Below, piece after piece: positions 18,763 to 25,690 of a DNA stretch of 25,690 nt; the stretch's first letter is position 1; the number at the start of each line of letters is the position of its first letter. The stretch comes from Dehalococcoidia bacterium. GTDB lineage: Bacteria; Chloroflexota; Dehalococcoidia; Dehalococcoidales; E44-bin46. Below the pieces are notes generated by a model. That model ran no database searches. It was not told where the DNA came from and saw only the letters and a program-made list of their open reading frames with translations. The translations under genes and the position numbers were made by a program. The stretch spans positions 766,041-791,730 of the forward strand of contig CP070810.1 of the NCBI GenBank assembly GCA_020343755.1. Reading direction: 5' to 3'.

Positions 18763-20838
18763 TCACCTTCTACCCACAGCTTTAATTTCATCCGCCAATT
18801 CAGGTGGTAACTCCTCATAGCGATAAAATTCCATAGAATGGGTGGCTCTGCCCTGAGTTAGTGACCTGAGGCTGGTGGCATAGCCAAAGGTCTCAGCTAA
18901 GGGGATGGATGAATAGATGACACGCATTTCGCCTTGCGTTTCTATAGCTTCAATACGTCCTCTCCTTGAATTGAGGGCAGCTATTATATCGCCAACAAAC
19001 TGCTCTGGGGTAACCACTTCCAACTTCATAATTGGCTCCAGAAGAATAGGCTTGGCTTTAGCCACACCATCCTTTAGCGCCACTGAGCCAGCTAGCCTAA
19101 AGGCTATATCTGAAGAGTCAACCTCATGATAACTACCGTCATAGAGGGTGGCTTTAATATCAACAATAGGGTAGCCAGCCAGCACCCCGGTCTCCATAGC
19201 CTCTTTAATCCCAATCTCCACCGCTGGGATATAATGCTTGGGTATAGCGCCATTTTTAACCCGGCTTACAAATTGAAAGCCGTTGCCACGCTCTACAGGC
19301 TCAAGCTCAAGACAGACATGACCATATTGGCCATGCCCTCCAGTTTGTCGAACGAATTTCCCTTCAACCCGCACCGGTATGCTTATCGTCTCCTTATAGG
19401 CAACCTGGGGCTTGCCTACCTTTGCCCCTACCTTAAATTCCCTGAATAGTCTACCTACTACGACCTCCAGATGAAGCTCACCCATACCTGAGATAACAGT
19501 CTGTCCAGTGTCTTGATTGTAATCCACCTTAAAGGTAGGGTCCTCTTCAACCAATTTGCTCAGGGCTTCCCCTATTCTATCTTGGTCAGCCTTGGTTTTG
19601 GGTTCAATAGCCACTGAGAGCACTGGCTCGGGGAAGCGAATAGCTTCAAGCAGGATAGGTCGCGAGGATTCGCATAGGGTATCACCGGTAAAGGTATTCT
19701 TAAGACCTAAGGTAGCAACAATAGCCCCGGTATCGGCCTCACTTACCTCCTCACGGCGGTTGGCATGCATCAATAATAGCCGTCCAATGCGCTCCTTCCT
19801 GCCTTGGGTGGCGTTAAATATCTGAGCCCTGGCCTTCACTCTGCCCGAATACACTCTTAAATAGACCAGCCTACCCACAAAGGGGTCAGACACTACCTTA
19901 AAGGCTAGTGCAGAAAAGGGGGCATCATCTCGAGCCGGGCGGGTGACTTCAGTCTTTAGCCTGGCATCAATGGCTCTTATCGGTGGCATATCTAAAGGAG
20001 ACGGAAGATAGCTCACAATAGCATCGAGTAACGGTTGAACACCTTTATTTCTCAGCGCACTGCCACAAAGGATAAGCACCCCTTTATTGGCTAGGGTCAC
20101 CCTTCTTAAGGCTGTTCTCAGCTCATTAGGAGTAATGCTCTTACCATCGAGATAAGCCGCCATAATCTGGTCATCACCCTCAGCCAATTTTTCAACTAGT
20201 GCCCGGCGAAACTCAGTACATATTGCCTTCTCTGATTCAGGGATAGCCGTCTCCAATGGTTTGGCATCAGGGCTTGCTTCAAAGCGCCAGGCCTTGTTTT
20301 CTATTAGGTCAATAACGCCTTCATACGAGGCTTCACTGCCTAGAGGTAACTGTATGGGCAGGGGCCTGGCTTGCAGTCGCTCTTCAATCATAGACAAACT
20401 GCGGTTGAAGCTGGCACCAATTCGATCCATCTTATTGATGAAACAAATTCTAGGCACGTTATACCGGTCAGCCTGACGCCATACTGTCTCTGATTGAGCC
20501 TCAACCCCAGCCACAGCATCGAAAAGCACCACTCCCCCATCCAATACTCTAAGGCTGCGCTCTACTTCAGCAGTAAAGTCCACATGCCCTGGGGTATCAA
20601 TAATATTGATTCGGTGGCTCTGCCAATAGCAAGTAGTAGCCGCAGCCGTGATAGTAATGCCACGTTCTCGCTCCTGTGCCATCCAATCCATCACGGCTGT
20701 GCCTTCGTCCACCTCACCAATCTTATAGGTACGACCAGTGTAGTATAGTATCCTTTCAGTGATGGTAGTCTTACCAGCATCAATGTGAGCGATAATAGCT
20801 ATATTTCGTATATGCTCTAATGGAAATCTCTTAACCAC
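18763..20838 (-). CDS. fusA: Elongation factor G
   Basis: [61 protein letters not shown] start. Confidence 0.98.
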   Translation of the reverse strand: MVKRFPLEHIRNIAIIAHIDAGKTTITERILYYTGRTYKIGEVDEGTAVMDWMAQERERGITITAAATTCYWQSHRINIIDTPGHVDFTAEVERSLRVLDGGVVLFDAVAGVEAQSETVWRQADRYNVPRICFINKMDRIGASFNRSLSMIEERLQARPLPIQLPLGSEASYEGVIDLIENKAWRFEASPDAKPLETAIPESEKAICTEFRRALVEKLAEGDDQIMAAYLDGKSITPNELRTALRRVTLANKGVLILCGSALRNKGVQPLLDAIVSYLPSPLDMPPIRAIDARLKTEVTRPARDDAPFSALAFKVVSDPFVGRLVYLRVYSGRVKARAQIFNATQGRKERIGRLLLMHANRREEVSEADTGAIVATLGLKNTFTGDTLCESSRPILLEAIRFPEPVLSVAIEPKTKADQDRIGEALSKLVEEDPTFKVDYNQDTGQTVISGMGELHLEVVVGRLFREFKVGAKVGKPQVAYKETISIPVRVEGKFVRQTGGHGQYGHVCLELEPVERGNGFQFVSRVKNGAIPKHYIPAVEIGIKEAMETGVLAGYPIVDIKATLYDGSYHEVDSSDIAFRLAGSVALKDGVAKAKPILLEPIMKLEVVTPEQFVGDIIAALNSRRGRIEAIETQGEMRVIYSSIPLAETFGYATSLRSLTQGRATHSMEFYRYEELPPELADEIKAVGRR

Positions 20839-20862
20839 TGTCCCGTCCCTTACCTTGAACTC

Positions 20863-21333
20863 TCACCACCTATAATGGGCAAAGGCCCTATTGGCCTGAG
20901 CCATTTTATGAGTGTCCTCACGCTTTTTAATAGTCGCCCCCTGTTCTTTCGAAGCGTCAACAAGTTCAGCTGCCAGCTTCTTCGCCATTGATTTGTCGGC
21001 TCTGGCTCTAGCCGATCGTATCAGCCAGCGTATAGCCAAAGAAGCACCACGGTCAGGCCGAACCTCCACTGGCACCTGATAGGTAGCACCCCCAACCCGA
21101 CGGGGCTTAACTTCAAGTAGCGGCGTGGCATTCTTTACCGCCTGTTCTAAAACATTAACCGGGTCTTTTGACTCCTGCCGCCCCATAATGTCTAAAGCAT
21201 CATAGACAATCCCCTCTGCCGTGGCTTTCTTACCTTGCGTCATTACTCGGTTAATCAACCTGGTCACGATGACACTATGATACTTAGCATCGGGAGAGAG
21301 TTCTCTTTCTATAACCCGACCCCGCCTTGGCAT
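20863..21333 (-). CDS. rpsG: 30S ribosomal protein S7
   Basis: MPRRG, GKKATAE, RRVGGATYQVP, HKMAQANRAFAHYRW. Confidence 0.98.
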   Translation of the reverse strand: MPRRGRVIERELSPDAKYHSVIVTRLINRVMTQGKKATAEGIVYDALDIMGRQESKDPVNVLEQAVKNATPLLEVKPRRVGGATYQVPVEVRPDRGASLAIRWLIRSARARADKSMAKKLAAELVDASKEQGATIKKREDTHKMAQANRAFAHYRW

Positions 21334-21347
21334 CTTACCTCCTTAAT

Positions 21348-21827
21348 TTAAGCAACCTCTCCAGCTACCTCTCCAGCAACCTCTCCAGCAACCTCTTCAG
21401 CTACCTCTCCAGCTGCGCCTTTAGCTCGCTTGCTTCCATACTTACTACGACCCTGACGACGATTAGCTACACCGCTAGCATCCAGTGCACCTCGGATGAT
21501 ATGATAACGAACACCGGGTAAATCCTTTACTCGACCGCCACGAAGCAAGACTACGGAGTGCTCTTGCAACTCGTGCCCCTCACCGGGAATATAGGCAATG
21601 ACCTCCACCCCATTGGTCAGCCTCACTCTAGCTATCTTACGCAGGGCTGAATTAGGCTTCTTTGGGGTAATAGTCTTAACATGAATACAAACCCCTCGCT
21701 TCTGTGGAGAGCTCCCTGCCACCCTCTTATTCTTTAAGGCGTTATAGCTAAAGCGCAGGGCTGGCGTTTTAGTTTTCTTAATAACCTGCTTACGCCCTTT
21801 ACGGACAAGCTGATTAACCGTAGGCAA
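21348..21827 (-). CDS. rpsL: 30S ribosomal protein S12 with an acidic repeat tail
   Basis: [44 protein letters not shown] start with AGGAGG RBS. Confidence 0.98.
   Translation of the reverse strand: MPTVNQLVRKGRKQVIKKTKTPALRFSYNALKNKRVAGSSPQKRGVCIHVKTITPKKPNSALRKIARVRLTNGVEVIAYIPGEGHELQEHSVVLLRGGRVKDLPGVRYHIIRGALDASGVANRRQGRSKYGSKRAKGAAGEVAEEVAGEVAGEVAGEVA
21351..21410 (-). repeat. 12-bp in-frame tandem repeat x5 at the rpsL 3' end, encoding (G/E)EVA
   Basis: Plus strand: agcaacctctcc / agctacctctcc / agcaacctctcc / agcaacctcttc / agctacctctcc. Confidence 0.95.
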
Positions 21828-21856
21828 TTGGCTGCCTCCTATTCCCCAACAATTTT

Positions 21857-21882
21857 AATGGATGAGCCTAGGCTCATCCATT
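21857..21882. repeat. Perfect 26-bp palindrome in the rpsL leader
   Basis: AATGGATGAGCCTAGGCTCATCCATT equals its own reverse complement and ends 29 nt upstream of the rpsL start. Confidence 0.9.
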
Positions 21883-21888
21883 TCAAGC

Positions 21889-21928
21889 TAAATGATAGAT
21901 TAAGTACTAAATTTCAACCTATCATTTA
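21889..21928. repeat. 10-bp inverted repeat with a 20-nt spacer in the rpsL leader
   Basis: taaatgatag (21889-21898) and ctatcattta (21919-21928) are perfect reverse complements. Confidence 0.65.
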
Positions 21929-21958
21929 CTTAACTATGGTGTCCAACACTAGTTTTTT

Positions 21959-21988
21959 AGTCTACCACAGCTAAAGGTTAGCTGTCAA
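21959..21988 (-). promoter_or_regulatory. Probable sigma70-type promoter of the ribosomal superoperon
   Basis: Minus strand: TTGACA (21988-21983), 18-nt spacer, TAGACT (21964-21959) preceded by TGn (extended -10). Predicted TSS ~21952. Confidence 0.7.
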
Positions 21989-22033
21989 CAGCTATGGTAG
22001 AGGTCGTAGAGTCGAAACGGGGTAAGGTTAAAA

Positions 22034-22549
22034 TCAACCTATATTTTCTTGCTGATAGGCTCCTTGGTAGCCTTCTGTCTCCCCGGTTAACCATAAGAAA
22101 ACTAGCTGAACAATTCTGGCATTCCTCTGCAAACGAAACCCCTGAGGATTATAGACCACCAGGAGAGATTGGGAACGACCGGAGTAGCCAGCATCCCACA
22201 CCGCAGTGTTTACCGTAACCCCACAACGAAGCAGACTCGACCTGGGTGTGGCTAATGCCATAACATTTTTAGGTAGATGGACAATCTCGTTGTAAGTAAC
22301 AATATAGGCACCTGGCATCAAGTCGACAAAATCCAGCCCGTCAAACACCAATGGAGCTAAATTAGATACCAGCCTTTGACTATCTTTAACCGCTATCCTA
22401 CCTGATGACTGGAGCATTGCCACCTCCCGTAGTGTAAGGTCAATGCCATTAGGTTGTACCTGCTCATCAAGATTAACATAGCTTTCTACCAGAGGTGGCT
22501 CTTGCTGTAACAATCGGTGAATATCCTGCTGGGATAAAATGGCTGCCAT
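22034..22549 (-). CDS. Trimeric dUTPase / dCTP deaminase-family protein, archaeal-type dUTPase-like
   Basis: QVQPNGIDLTL, PRSSLLRCG, AVWDAGYSGR, RIVQLVF, YQGAYQ. There is no Glu after the DxGxxG motif, where dCTP deaminases have their catalytic Glu. ATG 22549 lies 7 nt after GGAGG. Confidence 0.75.
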   Translation of the reverse strand: MAAILSQQDIHRLLQQEPPLVESYVNLDEQVQPNGIDLTLREVAMLQSSGRIAVKDSQRLVSNLAPLVFDGLDFVDLMPGAYIVTYNEIVHLPKNVMALATPRSSLLRCGVTVNTAVWDAGYSGRSQSLLVVYNPQGFRLQRNARIVQLVFLWLTGETEGYQGAYQQENIG

Positions 22550-22697
22550 TTTCAAGCCTCCTTTTTAGGTTTTATTACCCAATCGCCCACGCTTTTCAAG
22601 CATTAAGGACAATCAGCACAGTTGCCCCTATTTTACTACTTGCATAGACAACAAATAATAGCAATAATTTACTATCCGTGAAATGTATAATAGCAAA

Positions 22698-22725
22698 TTG
22701 ACGGGGGAATAGGTTAATGTAAGCT
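22698..22725 (+). promoter_or_regulatory. Possible sigma70-type promoter for the membrane protein gene
   Basis: TTGACG (22698-22703), 16 nt, TAAGCT (22720-22725), in an AT-rich divergent intergenic region. Confidence 0.4.
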
Positions 22726-22801
22726 AATAATTAAATACTGGCAAATTTAAGTTACTCAAAACTAGCAGCATTAAATTCAAGCTCCAAAAGGAGGTGGAGA
22801 G

Positions 22802-23548
22802 ATGGAAACTAGGTGGAGAACCAAGCTGATAATAGGCCTAATTCTGATGTCCTCATGTTTCTACGGTATAAATTACCTAATTTTTAAAGACCCGCCATTT
22901 ATGCTACGACTGGTAACACTGCAACTTGGCTTCGTCCCTATCTCGGTGATACTAATCACTCTATTCTTAAACCGGTTAATTGCCAATAGAGAAAAGAGGA
23001 TTAGGCTAGCAAAGCTGAACATGGTTATAGGTAGTTTTTTCAGCGAAGTTGGGACAGCTCTCCTAAAGTCCTTTTCCGACTTTGACCCAAACCGGGATAG
23101 ATTTAGCCAAGAGCTTATCTTAACCAGTCAATGGTCTAACCAAGACTTCTCTAAAGCACGCAAATATGTAATGACCCATGACTATTCAATTCAAATCCAA
23201 AAGGATAAGCTGGAGGAATTACGAAATTTCCTTCTAGGCAAAAGGACATTCCTACTAAGGCTACTGGAAAATCCCAATCTATTTGAGCACGAATCCTTTA
23301 CCGACTTACTCTCGGCAATATTTCACCTAACTGAAGAACTAGCTCATAGAGCTGACGTAAAAGAGCTTTGTAGCACTGATTGTCAACACCTTGCCGACGA
23401 TATCAAACGAGCATACGCACTGCTTTTCTCGGAATGGTTAGCCTACATACAACATTTGAGAGATAGCTATCCTTATTTTTACTCCCTGGCAATAAGGACT
23501 AATCCCCTTAACCCCGAGGCATCGCCAGAAGTTACCCAGAGCCTCTAG
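22802..23548 (+). CDS. Conserved hypothetical membrane protein (2 N-terminal TM helices plus a soluble helical domain)
   Basis: Strong RBS AAGGAGGTG and two hydrophobic segments. LLENPNLFEHESFTDLLSAIFHLTEEL and YPYFYSLAIRTNP resemble an uncharacterised family I recall from anaerobes (not verified by search). Confidence 0.75.
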   Translation: METRWRTKLIIGLILMSSCFYGINYLIFKDPPFMLRLVTLQLGFVPISVILITLFLNRLIANREKRIRLAKLNMVIGSFFSEVGTALLKSFSDFDPNRDRFSQELILTSQWSNQDFSKARKYVMTHDYSIQIQKDKLEELRNFLLGKRTFLLRLLENPNLFEHESFTDLLSAIFHLTEELAHRADVKELCSTDCQHLADDIKRAYALLFSEWLAYIQHLRDSYPYFYSLAIRTNPLNPEASPEVTQSL

Positions 23549-23639
23549 CTTAACACTCAATGCTAGTGTGTTAGAAAGAAAGCAGGGGTAACCAGAGAGG
23601 TTAAAGGGCACAGCAGTATGTAGTGGTGTAGCCCATTGG

Positions 23640-25690
23640 CTACTTGGCATAGAAACTGGCTATCCAGCCAGGCCTATCAGGCGCTCCCTCCTCCAGCATC
23701 TCCCGCCACTTTTCATCGGTGAGCCTGTCATCAAGGGGCTGTTTGAATTCGTAATAGCTAAAACCAGGTCCAGCCCCAACCAGAATCCTGCCATCGGGTA
23801 GTTTGTAAGCCGCTAGGATGAGGTCAACATAACCAACCCCCTCCTCTAAAACCTGCCTCGGTGGGTTGGTATCAGTATGAACATCAGCAACTATGGTCGT
23901 TTCTTTCCCCTTTGCCTCGACCCCGGCTACGATGGAATCAAGCCCATCACCAAAGTTCCTGATAAACTCGTAATCGGCCTCAGTCAGCTCCCTATTCTCT
24001 AGCTCATTCTTAGATATATCTATTAGCCTGGTAAGGATGCCCTCAAGACTTTCCAGCCGCGACCTTTCCTCATTACTTAGAGCACCAAGCTGAGCCAGTC
24101 CTTCTTTGGTCATGCTGGTAAGTGCCAGCATTCGGGCGTAGAACTCAGGGACAGGCTCAACATAGCCAACTACCGGTTTGGGCTGTGGTGGTGCCGCCAT
24201 AGCCGCCGGAGTATAACTCTGCTTAGCATACAGGATGGTATCGTGCCGTAATTCAGCCCAGGATGCCAGAGCTGTCTGTAGCTCCTTATCCTGCCAAGCC
24301 TGCGTCTGCATGAAGGTGGGATAGCCGTTGCCAAACTCCTTGAGCAAGGGCTTTAGCGCATAAAGCCAAGCCCAATAGAGATTACGGTTCCAGTCGGTAA
24401 TATCAAATTCATCAAATTGAGCCTTTAGTTCATTTAGCTGTTTATCATAGCTGGTGTCTTTGCCTTGATATTCGGTATCCCCCTCTGCCTTTAATATCTG
24501 ATAGGCCCGCTCCGAGCCAAGGACTGCCATTATATCCAGACCTCGAGGGAAGCACCTAGTTGGACCAAGCTGGGTCATCTTCATAGTAAAGGGCTCGCCA
24601 CTGCCAACATACATGCCGACTGCGGGGAAGACCAAGTTCTGAAACATGTAGGAATCAGGGACAAACCGCTGCCCCATGAACCGCATTCCCTTTGTCTTAT
24701 CCAAGCACTGATAAAGCTTTTCCCTGGTTACCGGTGGAAAGACCACACAAATGCCTGAGCCGCCATAGATTTCCGGGCTTCTCATTTGAGCCAGCTCAGC
24801 CTTGAGGGCTAGAAGGTTCTCATCACTGGCAAGCAGACTGGCATCAAACTCGGTGCCAAAGACCTCCTCTATGGCACTAAGGTATTCATAAGGGGTAAGG
24901 TCATCGGCGGTACCAACGAAGAATGAGGTGACCGAGTAAATGCGGTCCCATATTTCCTGAGCACTACTTTCACCCGCCTCAACGCCGGATAATTCGGCTG
25001 AAATTAAAGAGGCTTGGATGGTAGCCAGTTTGGCATCCTCTTCAGTAATGAGAGGACCTTCCAAAGAAGCACACTCACTGGCTTCTCCACCCTTCAACAG
25101 GAATGCCATCCTGCCATACCACATCATCGCCTTGAAGTATCTTTTTAAGGTCTCGCTACGGGTATAGTGCCCGCGAGGGACATACTGAGAGTAATCTTCA
25201 CAGTAGCAGCAGGGAACGAGGCACATGCAATCTGGGCTTGAATTAAAGATAGCGCTGGGCTTAAAGCCCTGGTGCTCCTCAATGTTCTTAAGTTCCTCAT
25301 TCACTTCGTCCTTCACATAGCTAGGTACGGTGAAGCTGACCTTCTTTATTGGCTTGAATTCCTTCTTATCGTAGGGGTGTTCACGGTTCCATTGCTCAAT
25401 CTCTGCCTTCAATTTTGCCTCGTCATAGTCCTCGGTGGGCGTCTGGAGAAGCTCCAGCCCAACAGCAAAGTAAGCCACGTTTCTTCTGGCGGCTTCCTTG
25501 AGGTCTGAATCAGTAAAGGCTTCATAGTCCTGGATAGACCTTCCCAGCATAGCCTGGCTCATATCGACGAGCTTATTAAAGAATTCCTCTTCTTCAATCC
25601 GCTTCAGAATCTCATTGAACTGAATATGGTAGAGATGGAGGAGCGTGTCAGAGGTTACAAAGATGGGAACACCAAGTTCCTTCATATCCT
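23640..25690 (-). CDS. DUF3160 domain-containing protein (5'-truncated by the window edge)
   Basis: PIFVTSDTLLHLYH, DYSQYVPRGHYT, YFKAMMWYGR, GQRFVPDS, ASWAELRHDTILYAKQSY, GYVEP, VADVHTD, SYYEF, RLTDEKW. The frame stays open upstream of ATG 25685 (GAT ATG). Confidence 0.85.
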   Translation of the reverse strand, partial: DMKELGVPIFVTSDTLLHLYHIQFNEILKRIEEEEFFNKLVDMSQAMLGRSIQDYEAFTDSDLKEAARRNVAYFAVGLELLQTPTEDYDEAKLKAEIEQWNREHPYDKKEFKPIKKVSFTVPSYVKDEVNEELKNIEEHQGFKPSAIFNSSPDCMCLVPCCYCEDYSQYVPRGHYTRSETLKRYFKAMMWYGRMAFLLKGGEASECASLEGPLITEEDAKLATIQASLISAELSGVEAGESSAQEIWDRIYSVTSFFVGTADDLTPYEYLSAIEEVFGTEFDASLLASDENLLALKAELAQMRSPEIYGGSGICVVFPPVTREKLYQCLDKTKGMRFMGQRFVPDSYMFQNLVFPAVGMYVGSGEPFTMKMTQLGPTRCFPRGLDIMAVLGSERAYQILKAEGDTEYQGKDTSYDKQLNELKAQFDEFDITDWNRNLYWAWLYALKPLLKEFGNGYPTFMQTQAWQDKELQTALASWAELRHDTILYAKQSYTPAAMAAPPQPKPVVGYVEPVPEFYARMLALTSMTKEGLAQLGALSNEERSRLESLEGILTRLIDISKNELENRELTEADYEFIRNFGDGLDSIVAGVEAKGKETTIVADVHTDTNPPRQVLEEGVGYVDLILAAYKLPDGRILVGAGPGFSYYEFKQPLDDRLTDEKWREMLEEGAPDRPGWIASFYAK

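Noticed and set aside
1181-20748. Numerous short ORFs antisense to or overlapping conserved genes in the ORF track
   Set aside because: All lie within well-conserved genes on the other strand or frame and have no motifs, as expected of shadow ORFs.
21490-21680. Possible streptomycin-resistance changes in S12
   Set aside because: The TPKKPNS and RVKDLPG motifs are wild type.
21994-22218. 74-aa plus-strand ORF over the dUTPase 3' end and promoter edge
   Set aside because: Antisense shadow ORF with no recognisable motif or RBS.
22686-22691. Perfect TATAAT hexamer in the divergent intergenic region
   Set aside because: No matching -35 at 16-18 nt and no correctly spaced extended -10. The region is AT-rich, so a chance match is likely.
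23551-23573. Possible terminator between the convergent genes
   Set aside because: Only a 5-6 bp AT-rich imperfect stem (taacac/gtgtta) with no clear U-tract on either strand.
23621-23643. tRNA-like 5' stretch and hairpin GTAGCC-CATT-GGCTAC
   Set aside because: No anticodon arm, T-arm or acceptor pairing. The 6-bp stem overlaps the DUF3160 stop and has no U-tract.

Overview
About 20 kb of this window (1770-21827, minus strand) is a contiguous 37-gene ribosomal superoperon: rpsL-rpsG-fusA, then the S10, spc and alpha blocks, then truA-rplM-rpsI. There is no tuf between fusA and rpsJ. SecY, S12 and the overall gene order look like Chloroflexota, probably Dehalococcoidia (inference from recalled family features, no search run). 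The left flank holds the 3' end of a bifunctional phosphoglucose/phosphomannose isomerase with an apparent +1 frameshift. It runs directly into a start-truncated, frameshifted RelE/ParE-type toxin remnant that the ORF track missed. A metallo-beta-lactamase-fold (AHL-lactonase-like) gene follows on the minus strand. The right flank holds an archaeal-type dUTPase-like gene, a divergent uncharacterised membrane protein and a 5'-truncated DUF3160 gene. Three things are most unusual. (i) S3 has a ~187-aa C-terminal tail built mostly from 54-bp tandem repeats ([18 protein letters not shown]). (ii) S12 has a related (G/E)EVA x5 tail. (iii) The rpsL promoter and leader are densely structured: three helically phased ACAGCTA heptamers over a TTGACA/TAGACT promoter, a 10-bp hairpin and a perfect 26-bp palindrome. 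rpmJ (L36, 6191-6304) was also missed by the ORF track. I found no rRNA, tRNA, CRISPR array or intact mobile element.
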